Source: Asterias rubens
Lineage: Eukaryota
Assembly: GCF_902459465.1 (NCBI RefSeq)
Contig: NC_047074.1
Span: 1,488,001 to 1,552,000, forward strand
Direction: 5' to 3'
Length of the DNA stretch: 64,000 bases
A model generated the notes under the pieces. The model worked only from the letters and a program-made list of their open reading frames with translations. It was not told where the DNA came from and ran no database searches. A program made the position numbers and the translations under genes. Within the stretch, counting starts at the first letter, position 1. The number at the start of each line of letters is the position of its first letter. Positions 15,101 to 26,500 of the stretch are shown piece after piece.

Positions 15101-17872
15101 CCTCTGGGGTGACTATTTACAGGAGATTTAATTCCAAATACCCCCCCCCCTCACACACACACTGCGTCATCGTCATCAAAAAAATTAATAGTACAAAAAG
15201 ATGATGATGGTGAATTGTAGTAAGGAAGGGCGTTGGCTAGAATGAGGAGATGGTGGATTGAGGGGATATTGTGTGTGGTTAAAAATAGAAAGGGAATAAA
15301 TAAATTTTGTACACAAAATTCAAATCTCGAATCATAGTTTTCTGTTTAGTAAAGAATCTAGACTAAATCAACTTGATTGACCTTACCCAAAAATGTATGA
15401 TGGTGAAATATATACTAAGAAAGGGCGTTGGCTAGGATGAGGAGATGGTGGATTGAGGGGATAGTGTGTGTGGATTTAAAAATAGAAAGGGAATAAATAA
15501 ATTTTGTACACAAATTCAAATCTTGAATTGGGGTTTTCTGTTCAATGGGGAATCTGGACCAAAACAACTTGCGGGCCTCATCATCATCAAAAGTGTATGG
15601 TGGTTTTTCCAACCGTAAATTATTTAATGATGATTTGAAATTTACATTCTGTATAAATCAATTTAGTTTTTTTTTTTATTCAAATTGATATTCCTGAAGA
15701 TTTTGACATTTTTGACAACATCCAAAATTGTTGTGGGTGTGTTAAACAGTTTTGTTGTATTAATTGGTTTTCCTTTCTTTTTTGTCAATTTTACACACAG
15801 TGGAATCAGGCAATAGCATCATGCTACCTACCTATATTAAACTTAGATGATGTGATATGAACACCACATCCCATCTCCAAATGAACACCACAGACCATCT
15901 CCGAATACAATGATATATTATAGGCTAAAACAGTGTATTTAGTACATGTCTACATGTACATGTACCACAGAGGATCACACTTCTGTTTTATCATAAAAAG
16001 CTAGAGTTTTTAGACAGTTGTTTTGTTTAAAGTGTGCTTTAATTACTGTAATACACCTGTTCTGTATAACATCACACAAAAATGATGTTAAGTACATGTT
16101 TCCTCTTTGGTGACCCAGCAATGAACTTTGCTTCATGACATTACACAACACTTAATAATAGGGAACACTTTTCTGTAACCTTGTATTGCACCAACAATTC
16201 CTTTTGATATCTTTTTGATCAAAAATAAGTGAAGACAATTTTCACTTCAAAAGGTTATTGAAGGTAGACAGTTAAAAATGGGTTTTAAGTAAGGGAATAA
16301 AGGGGTAGCGACGAGTTCTTCAACGGCCGTGTAAAAGAAGGTAGAAATACCCCCATGGCTCGCTCATACTCATGTCAAAATTAACTCAATAAACTTTAAA
16401 ATAAATCAGTTTTGTTTATAGTTTAAACAAGGCTTTACAACAGACTTTCCCTATTGCTCCAGTGTCACAACCAAGTCGTGTTTCACAGAGGCTTACATGT
16501 TAATATTTCACATGCAAAGAACTTTTCAATTTGACGTTTCTTAGTAGGTGCAATGATAGTTGCGATAACGTAACCCTCCTGCCGACGGCATAGCTCCGCC
16601 CCCCTCAGGTTCGAATTTTCAACCTGGGTTTTTCGCTAGAGAATCTGGTAAGTTTTTGTGCCTTTTCTTCAAATTATTTCCTCAATGGTGTTTTGAGTGA
16701 TATTGTAGGATTCATTAGACATTGAGGATCAAGTTCGTGTTCCTAGAATTTGTGTCATGGTTTTCAAAAGTGGTAAAAATGGAGCAAATCTGCTGACTAG
16801 CTGTCGAAATTGTACGTTTTTAACCATTTCGCCCTGCTCATATTGCGTGTGCTTCGTAACCCTCCGGCTACGCCGTCGGCAGGAGGGTTACGTTATCGCA
16901 ACTAGTGCAATGAATGATTGCCCATTCAATGATCGTCACACTATTTTCAAGGTCACAATCACAAGGACAAAAACATCATAACTTCCATTTTCAAACACGC
17001 TCCTTTTTGAGAAAAACATTGGGGTAAAAAACATGGGAAAAGTTTCTGTATGGCGCCACCACTTTTTCATTTGATATGAAATAATATAGTTAGTATCTAA
17101 TCAATAAGATATCCCTTTTTGTAAAAGGGTGAAAAAGTGGTGGCGCCATACGGAAAGTTATCCAAAACATCTGCGAAGGTAAGTTGTTAATGTTATTTGA
17201 ATAAAACTGCGAGTATTATTCTGAAGGAAAACACTTTAAAATGAATTATGTGCACTGAAGAAAACAAATTCAAATTGGTAAAAAACTCACCTCATACTTC
17301 GGCGCATTATTGCATTGTGGGAAGTTTCCCTGGTGGTCGCCATTATGCGAGAGGTAATTGTCTACTAAATTCCATCCCCAACTCTGGTCATTACTCCCAA
17401 GAAGTGCCACATATCCCTGGCACTGCAAGGGTGCGTTCTTGGTAGCAATCCCAACAACTGCTACCGTTCCAAGCGGCCCCTCCCACCACACTTCCCAGGC
17501 GTGTCTGCCGTTACGAAAGCCCCTTCGACCCCGGGCAGCGTCCGTACTCTGCGCCACCGGGTTTCGGTGCAGTGTGAACCCATTTTGTTTAACATAAACA
17601 TTCCTTGAGCAATCTCCGGGGTTAAAAGAATGGTAGTAAGCCCGTAGTTTTGCCTTGTAACTCGGGACCTCAGATAAAAGGTCTCCTTTTCTGGCCTCGC
17701 CAGCAAGTTTACGGGTGCACTGGACTCGCCAAACCAGGGAGTTCTCATCGTTGAGGCAGTTGTGCCACGATTTGCAGACGGTCGCACAGTTTAGCACATC
17801 AGTCAGATCCAAACATGAGAAAATCAACTCCAAAATTTTTGCTGGCAGGCTGGCGGCGGACGCCGCTGCCAT
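123..17872 (-). CDS. FBXO45: F-box/SPRY domain protein 1 (FBXO45/Fsn), 2 coding exons, 255 aa
   Basis: Exon 1 is 17291-17872 (F-box [41 protein letters not shown], ends APKYE|GTGAGT). Exon 2 is 123-308 (cag|[61 protein letters not shown]). The join is phase 0. The sequence closely resembles vertebrate FBXO45 as I recall it. Confidence 0.97.
1466..1710. mobile_element. Nested or inverted copies of a CAGGGGTCGATTTCACAAAG-type MITE
   Basis: Repeated gtcctaa/ttaggac motifs and terminus tgtgaaatcgacccctgg. A related copy is at about 32101-32220. Confidence 0.6.
3390..3670. repeat. Dispersed MITE-like family (ccaatttcata...tatgaaattggg)
   Basis: Related pieces at about 1925-1995, 6003-6120, 43900-44110, 45000-45180 and 30065. 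Confidence 0.6.
7960..8110. repeat. Dispersed repeat family (ggtgcccttgaaatgctcca...)
   Basis: Copies at about 6180-6310, 10330-10660, 12415-12540, 28940-29125, 35700-35830 and 38660-38810. Confidence 0.75.
11066..11441. mobile_element. Non-autonomous TTAA-targeting DNA transposon, family A (Kolobok-like)
   Basis: TTAA|AGGCAGTGGACAC...GTGTCCAGAGTAT|TTAA. Purine-purine start inside a TTAA duplication; many copies in the window. Confidence 0.8.
12595..12837 (+). mobile_element. 3' end of an L2/CR1-group LINE
   Basis: [45 protein letters not shown] is a typical ORF2 C-terminus, followed by a gcgctatataaat...(TTA)n tail. Similar remnants are at about 41040-41240 (+) and 28195-28350 (-, [14 protein letters not shown]). 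Confidence 0.85.
14023..14381. mobile_element. Family B TTAA-targeting MITE (Kolobok-like)
   Basis: TTAA|AGGATTTGGGTACT...AGTATACACCCT|TTAA. Partial copies at about 9090-9360 and 21737-21810. Confidence 0.8.
15226..15530. repeat. Direct repeat of about 105 bp
   Basis: aagggcgttggctag...ttcaaatct at about 15226 and 15421. Confidence 0.8.
16557..16904. mobile_element. MULE/Mutator-like MITE
   Basis: 38-bp TIR TAGTTGCGATAACGTAACCCTCCTGCCGACGGCRTAGC with a perfect 9-bp TSD GTGCAATGA (16548-16556 and 16905-16913). Confidence 0.88.
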
Positions 17873-17949
17873 CGCGGGGTGGTCGGTGGCAAGCCTTCAT
17901 AAAGCCTCCCGGAGTCTAGTCGACATGTCAGCGCAACATTTGAGCTGCA

Positions 17950-18340
17950 AATTCGGTGTAAATCCATAGAATTTCAAGATGGAAAACCGCCGGCCGGCGA
18001 AGTCATACACTGATGTACTGGCACATTGACCATGCATAAAAATGTACGCGAAATGGATATGGCGGTAAAGTCGGTCAATGGGTCAAGGGCGTATTTGTTT
18101 CGAACTTGTAGTTCATGTTAGAATCGTCAACAGCAATTTTTGAAAACAATTTTAATATTAGCTTCGGAAAAGAAGTACCTTGCAAGCAGCTTGAATATAT
18201 TGTTATCCAAATTAACTAGAATATCATAAGCAAACGTGAAAAGGATGCATTTTGTTATCTTGAACTGTAAGTTTTGCTTGATTTTATTTATAAAAGTTTT
18301 TGCACGACAGAGGGCGCTTTCACTAGATTGGTGACGCGTT
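17950..18340 (-). promoter_or_regulatory. FBXO45 proximal promoter region
   Basis: CpG-richer segment just 5' of exon 1, with YY1-like ATGGCGG (about 18059), CTCF-like CAGAGGGCGC (18308-18317) and ATTGG. Confidence 0.5.
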
Positions 18341-18791
18341 TTTGCAAATTAAAGGCCCTTAATTTCTGCACACAATAACTGAAAACAAACCGCATAAGTT
18401 GTATTTACATTTTGTGTACTTTATTTACTTAATAACATTTTAAGAAGTTTAATACAATAGCCCAGCCATTTCTTCACAAAATGTTTAGCACTCACTTTTG
18501 GTGTTGTAAACAATTAGTGTTATCAAAATAAGTTTGAAGGGAAAACAATTATTTACTCTTTAAAACCAGTTTACTTTAAAGCAAACAAAACCAGTTAATG
18601 AAGGGTCAGATAATAAGTTATATATATTAATAAGTTATAGCAGTGTTTACAAACAATATGCATAAAATATTGAACATCTTATTCCCTTGTCAAAAAATAC
18701 ACAAAAGACAAAGATAGGAGAAATTCAATATAATTATCACCACCACATAACTAAGAAATAACATTGTGCCTAACTCTGTGTACCAAATCAA

Positions 18792-19150
18792 TGCCAATCA
18801 TTTTCCGCCTCAGCCAATCAGAATGGAGAAGGGAATTGTTCTAGCCCACTGGTGGAGTGACTTTAAAACAAAACCCATAACTGTCAATCATATCGCAGGA
18901 GCCAATCAGAAAGCTGTACAAATTTCTCATTCCACATGTTAGTTGGGGCAATTTGCCAATCATTTCCTGCCTCAGCCAATCAGAAAGGAGAAAGAAATTG
19001 GTCCCGCCCACTGATGGAGTGACTTTAAAACAAAACCCATCTTGTGTATAGATTACCGGCTGGCAACATAACTGTCAATCATATCGCAGGAGCCAATCAG
19101 AAAACTGTACAAATTTCTCATTCATACATGTAGGTTAGTTAGGGCAGTTT
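18792..19150. repeat. Tandem duplication of a ~165-bp CCAAT-rich unit
   Basis: Two copies starting tgccaatcatt. Each has three GCCAATCA plus a GTCAATCA. Copy 2 has a 29-bp insertion. Confidence 0.85.
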
Positions 19151-20572
19151 AAAAATTGATTAAGAGCAACTTGCTTTTTAAAGGTAGGGTCTGTACTCCA
19201 AAAAAAACCTGCTGCTGTTGAAACAATGTAGTATAAACTATTTTGAGAAAGATACCTTTTGAAGTAATTATGGTTTGGATAATTTTTCACCCCAACAAAT
19301 TTGAATCTGAGAAACGATTGATGAATCGATTCTCATATTTCACAGGGTTGGTGTCTGTTAGCAAATGCTGCGGCTGGACGGATGCGATTGGTACTTGCTG
19401 TCACCTCGCTAAACAGGGATTATTTCGCAAACTGCAGTGTTGTTTTTTTTGCTGTTTAGTTTACCCAGCAAGTTAGCACTGTATTCAGCAGAAACTTTCA
19501 CATACTTTTATTGTATCTTTTGGGAAACATCTTAAACTAAAGTGAAAGTTTTTGCTGTTTTCCCAGCAAGTTAACACCAGCAGAAACTTTCACATGTAAC
19601 TTTTATTGTATCTTTCTTTTAAATTTTGCCTATAAATCACAATTATGTTGACATAAAAACAATCTATAACCCTACCCTTAATGTTCTTGTCATATAAGGT
19701 CAACTATAAAAACAAGTGTTCTGGTTTGGGCATCTTTTAAGTTAAATAAGCACTTTGGCATGATGGTATACATGGTGCATTGTTAATAATTACATGTGTC
19801 AACTCAACTTTACTCATGCAAAAACAAAACAGGTCACGTATAAGAATAAAAGATGCTGGATCTAGTCACATTGGAAATTCAGTTTTCAGTTTACAAAAAA
19901 GTCTTCAAAACCAAAAGAAATAACTCAAATTACCCGGGAAAGGCATCCAACACTTTTATTCTTGCACTTTCTCTTGTTCATATCGGATTTCTTTTTATAT
20001 GAAACCCCTACCCCCAAAAAAAAAAAAAAAAAAAATTAACAAAACAACAACAAACACACACAATAAACAACAAAAATCACTTATAACTGCTGTGCTGGAT
20101 TTTGACAATAGCTGCTTCATTGAAAAAAGGAACACAAAACAAGCAGGCTGATTTTGGATACTAGCATTGTGCACTTCATTTACAACACAAATTTTATGTG
20201 TAGTCTCCGCTCATGTGTCTCAGTCCTTATCGATGGGCCACCCTCTCCAAAATGAAGCACCGCAGGCTGAATTGGAGACTAGTCTTTGCAGTTACACAAT
20301 CCTTACACCTTCTTATCCATGTAGTCTCCACACACCAGAAGTCAAATCGACTAAGCTGATATCTTTCATACACAAAGCATTTGTACACTTGCTGACTGGT
20401 GATGGTGACAGTGTAAGACCCAAAACCTCCCAAAAGAACGACTGTGGTGGAGTCTAGCACATTATAGAGTTAGTCTTCTCAACAAGACACAACCATGGAA
20501 TCCTGCACAGAATAAGTTCATTGCAATAGCAGTCTGCATGACAGGTGCTATGGAACAGCTTGAGGGGTGAGT

Positions 20573-23500
20573 CTAGGCCACATAGTGGTATTGGTTTTGA
20601 TTGTCCTTGTCTCTTTCCATGTAGTCGCGATCGATCAGACTCTCGATCCTCTTCTTTAAATCTGACGGCTGCAAAAGATACACACAGAAAAACAGAGGTA
20701 GAGTTAATAAAAATGGACTTATGACCAGAGCAAGCTAGTCAAAACATTGAGATCAATTAAGAACTCACTCCACAGTAGTGATGTTAATAACGAGAATCCC
20801 CTCAATCCACTAAAGGTTAAATAGTAGTCTCAGCCAATTTCCTACCTTCCACCCAGGTAGTGGTTAATAAGCAGGACAGTTCTTTTCAGAACTGAGAAAT
20901 CTACGAATTCTGAAACTCTATGCTGCGGGAGTAGAGAAGTCTCGAAATATCTACTCAGCGATAGTAGAATTTTAACCAAGACAAGTTCTCAAAAGAACAT
21001 AATCTACCCAGCAAGTAGCAAATCACAGAGCAATCTTTTCAGGCCTGAATCTTTACTTTACCTTGACGGGGAACTTGAGCTGGTTGTAGAGCTCCGATAC
21101 CAGTAGCGTGTGGTTGAGAGCCTTGCGCATCTTCATGATCCGGACAATGGCAGCGTCGATCTGGTACTGCCGGTCCTGGAAAACCCTCTCTTGTGTGTTG
21201 GATTGCTCCTCCGCCTTGTTGTATGGGGGGGGGGGGGAAGGAAAACAAGATAATTATTATATAGAAAGGTTTGCGGTAATACCATGTAATGACTATCTCT
21301 AATGAGTTGGGGTAGTTCTGAAAAGAACCGTTGGTTTCAATTCAACGTTTCGATCAGTATGCTTTGACCGTCTTCTGGAGAAAGCTGGACTCTGATGCTG
21401 CATGCTGCTTAAGTACTGTGGAGGCGGATTAGCTTGATGCACGAAGGCGGGAAATGGAGGCGGGAAATGGAGCTTGGTGATGCGTGGTAAAACTGGATCC
21501 TGCTCTGGAGCAACTTACCGTTTCTTTCATCTGGACTTGGTTGATCTTGATCCTGCAGAGCCTGTGTCTGAAGTCATTATTGAAGAAAAACTTATCCCCA
21601 TCATCGACGTCTCTCCCCTAACAACAGAAGAAGACAGAAATGATGAAAAAGCTACAACAGATCTATCATCCAGCACACGTTACTCTCATTAAAGGAGAAG
21701 TGCTCATCCTAAACAGTGCCCTTATAGAGCTGCTTAAAGGGGTAGGATACTTTTTGTACGACACAAAACAGAACGAGAATGAAGATGAATGAAATGTGAT
21801 TTACCTTTAAAAGTTTCAGTTTCATAAGTCATGCAAAAAGAATCAAAATCCTTAGATTAGCACACGTACCTTTGGTGTTTTCGTGATTACTCTAGCTTTA
21901 CCGCAAGCAAGGGACTGTAGAGTTCTCCTTAATTCTGTATCTTCTGCAAATAAAAACACAGAACCATTGAAGCAAACAATAAAAAAGGGAAGTATTAACA
22001 TAAATCTAGTGCTTTACGAGGTTGCAAGGACTTCCACAATTTAGAGTAAACTTGTTTGCAGTTTTAACTGTCTATTTCCATCGTATTTTTAATTACATTT
22101 TTAATGATTGAACATTGAAAATTATCCCCGAAGTGACATTAATAAACAAAGCTTTATTATTATACACTATGAACGAACCAATGCCGGTAGCCTGGGCGAT
22201 GTCTTCTAGTGTGTAGTCATTCCCTTCATTGAACAAGAGAAGAACCAGGCTTTGAAACAGTGACACGTGTAGTTCTTTAACCTACAAGAAGGAAATTATA
22301 TAATTGAATAATAGACCCATTTTATTGGCCGTCATCGCTGATTTCAAACAATGGAAACGTGAGAGTTACAAATGTGTCAAATGTGTATAAAACAAATACT
22401 GAATGGCATTTTGTTTGTGCAATGTCACAGAATATTATCACTCAGTGATTTTAGGTCAGTACGGAAATTCTACAACTGTTTACCTCTTTGAACTGTGCCT
22501 TCACAACGCAGTGTCCTAGGTTGGGTTGCCATTGAAGCTTACGACCGCTGTGTTTACTCAGATAGAAGTGCTTGAATATCTCCTGCAGCTTCACCATCTT
22601 CAAAACAAAAAATGGAAAATATTCTCACAAGTTTCTCTTTAAGACGGTTTAAGAATAGACCCCTTGCCTAAGTTTTCTTGTTTATATCTTCCCCATGAGC
22701 ACATAAATGCGACAACAATAATGAAGAAACAGTGGAGAACAAATGGTGAATAACTGGTTATGCGGAGCGGCTTGCTGCCTGGAAACCTACACACCATGAC
22801 AAAAGAAAAAAAATTCTCTTACCTCTGCGGGTAAATGCACCTCCATAGGTGTGTACGTCGGCCAGTAGCCCATCGTGAGTATGTTGACTGTTAGATCCAC
22901 ATTACCGGGAATATTTTGGTGCTGAATATGCTGAAATAATAAAATAAAAACGCCAACTTATTTCAATTGTCATCAGATAAGACCATGTGTAAAAAAAAAT
23001 TGTTTAGCGTTCCGGTTCCTGAAAATAGGAAGCTTTTACACACATTTTTAATGTATATTTGTTTTGTTTTGTTTTCAAAGAGAAAATTGGCAGCTCTGCT
23101 GTTGGAACCATGGCACTGGACATGTTTGGTAATTGTCAAAGACCAGCATTCTCAATTGGTGTACTCACTTGGTAAATCCCAACATACATGTATGCATAAA
23201 ATAAAAAAAATCTGTGAAAATTTTGACTCAATTGGTCACCAAAGAAAAAAACACCCTTGTTTGTGTGATTTCAGATGCTTACTAAAAGGTTTCAGCTGAA
23301 GTCTTTTATTATTTGAGTGAAAAATTACCCTTTTATCAAAAACCATGCTACTTCAGAGGGAGCTGTTTCTCACATTGTGTTTTATACTATCAACAGCTCT
23401 CCATTGCCCGTTACAATCATTTTGAGTAAATACCAATAGTGTCCAGTGTCTTGGAACAAACAATTTGTCTTGCATACCTGCTTGAATGCAATCATAATGT

Positions 23501-26500
23501 CCTTTGATAGTTCCATATCCTTGAACATTCCTTCTAGCTTACTTGTGAAAGCGCCACCACATTCTGTAGAAAAATAAAATTTGAAAAATGATTAAATCTG
23601 ACAAAAATCAGATTCCACAAATTGAATAAACTCTTCGATAGTTATTTCATTAACTCCCAATAACCGTAACGGAGCAGGCTTGTATGTTTTGTAACAACGG
23701 TTTCAAACACTTTCAATAGACCAACTCACCCATTCCAAGGCAACGTGTCCCTTTAAATCAGCAGAGTAGTTTTCATTATGAGTTTAGTAAGAAAAACAAA
23801 AATGAAAAACTAGACATAGTTTGTATTATAACACCAGCGTGTCCCTTTAAATCAGCAGAGTAGTTTTCATTATGAGTTTAGTAAGAAAAACAAAAATGAA
23901 AAACTAGACATAGTGTGTATTATAACACCCCTTACCAATATTCTGCCTTTTCATTGGTTTAGAGCGCGTCACATGATATATCTTAGTTTTACTATACGGC
24001 GGTCGTGTGATAGTGCATCGGTTTGCCGTGCGCTAGTCCGGAGACTAGCACACCGCGTGCAGCACCCAGACGTCCGTTGCGTGTACGAGGATGATAAATT
24101 AATAGTCTGTAACCATTTCGGATTACATGACACTACATGCAGCACAGTAAAAGTTTTCGCAGTCTGTATTCGCGTCGTCCGTGGATTGTAGCAATCAGGT
24201 CTTTACTTAATAGTACAGTATTTAGAAATGTTTGGGGTGTTATAAAACAAATATTGACTGCTTTAACTCTTGCAATGGTTAAAAACTATGACTACCTCGG
24301 TGCTAGTTTTAACCATAGCACTCGAAGCAGTCAATATTTGTATAATAGCTAACCTTGTTTGAGCTTAGACAGCATTGATTTCTCAGCATCTACTGATGCA
24401 CTCTTGCCCACCAATAACCTCTTGGCCAAATCTTTCTTGTAGAAAGCTTCAAACACGTCTTTACCTGTTGGTACGAGGAAACAAATTCATGTACTTGCTG
24501 TTGCTTTGGTCTATGTAAATATGATAGCCACAAGTGTGAATAAATGCTTTAAAGGCACTGGACACTGTTGGTTATTACTCAAAATATTTATTTGCATAAA
24601 ATCTTACTTGGTAACGAGCAACAGAGAGCTGTTGATAGTAAAAAACATTGTGAGAAACGACTCCCTCTGAAGTAACATGGTTTTGAGAAAGAGGTAATTT
24701 CTCACTCAAAAAATAAAAGACTATTATTCCTATTATTCTAATAGCCTAATTCTAATTATCCTAATATGCCTTTTATTCCTATCTGAAAGCACACTATTTT
24801 GTACAACAAGGGTGTTTTTTCTTTCATCATTTTCTTGCAACTTCAACGATCAATTGAGTCCAAATTTTCACAGGCTTGTTATTTTATGCATATGTTGGGA
24901 TACACCAAGTGAAGAATACTGGTCTTTGACAATTACCAAACGTGTTCAGTGCCTTGAATAAAAGAATGATTTTGAATTGTCCATACCGTGTATGAACCTG
25001 AAGATGACCATTATCTTGTCCAGTAGTCTCTCAAGTTCTTCCTCAGTGGCTTCTTTGTTTCCAGCTCTTAGCTTGTTATCCACGTACTTAGCTAGATGGG
25101 AATTGTACACAAAATTATTTCAGTCAAACTCCTTACAAAGAGTACTGTCAAGAAGAGGATCTGCTTATAAAAAGTACATTCTGAAGTCCTCCATCTCATT
25201 TCTGCACTGTGTTTCTTTGTTTTGCTGTCCTCTTATAAAGAGGTAATTTGGCCAGTCCCAGCAACCTTGTTATAACGAGAGTTGATTGTAAAGTGTTATA
25301 AAAGAGGATCATCAGAGTGAAAAGGATCTAAAACTTTGCACGGTGATCATTACAGGAAAGCTTCATTAAAGAATTTTAATCCTTACAGATACCCTTATTA
25401 CCACTAGGCGACGAGAAGCAATATAGTAAAGCATCTTGCTACTATTGCCAGCCATGACCGTGATTCTAACCCACACTTCGATGACTTAAAACACCAGAAC
25501 TTGAATACGATTTGATGCTCCTAACCACTTGCCATGACACCCCAACAACTGTCTATGCGGTAGAGTGAGTGAGTCAGTGATACCGATTAAGTTTCCTTTT
25601 CTGCGAATCCTTGGCTTCACGACTGAAATAAATAAATAAACAAAAAATAAACAAGAAATGGTTTCTCCGTCTTACCGACTAACTCGGCAGGCTTGTTGAG
25701 CCTCTTGTTGATGAAGCCCTCAAAGGATTCCTTGAGGGTATTGAAGAACTTTTCATTCTCTGTGAAGCATTCCGTCATGACGTTATCCATCCTGTCCTTG
25801 AAGTCTAACAGTTCCTGTACCATTGTCTTGTCCTTCTCAGGGTTGATGATAATTGTCGTGCCGGTTTTCTGAAAATGCAAAACTAGCATGTTACAAAATT
25901 AGTAACTGTGGCTTGACCGTCGCAGAGCATCGGAATTTACACTGGACCATAGGCCTGAGGCCAGTAATTTTTAGCATCAGGCCAGTAAATGCATGACCAA
26001 ACAAGTCAAGAAGCATTCGCAAAAAGTATGAACAGGGCTGAGTTGTGTACTTTAGATCTTTTCTAGCCCTGCACTGTAAATACACAGTGGCCAGTGGTCT
26101 TCGGTTTTTTGTTCAAATGTTGACCTTCGGTCTGATAAATCTTCGTTTTGTTGAGTACTGAAGTATTCTAACCCAAAATCAAATGAGACAAATCTGCTCT
26201 TAGTGCTTATCCAAATTTAAACAATTCAAGTGTTTTTAACTGTGCAGGCATTTATCCTCATTTAAATTCTAGTCTTGAACAAAAATTGTAAGTCTGGTCA
26301 ATTTTGTTGAGCTACAACCAGAACTGACAGTAATGCTTCTAAGATGCAAACTTTGGGGCATAAAAAACTGATATCGTTTCTAGAGGGAGGGGCCTGAGTG
26401 GAAGGGAGGGGTCACTTCACATACCTTTATGTAGGCACTGAAATATTGACACAGTTCTATTAGGCCAGTCTTGGTGCGTTGAAACAAACTGTAAAGCAAC

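Noticed and set aside
301-16981. Most 60-125 aa ORFs in the track
   Set aside because: They fall in MITEs, SINEs or AT-rich intron sequence, with no motifs or splice support.
21335-21385. Hammerhead-like core (CAGAAGA, stem, GAAAC) on the minus strand of a Penelope-like remnant
   Set aside because: The core has A at the conserved U4, and I could not build stems I and III with a cleavage triplet. An Infernal search would settle it.
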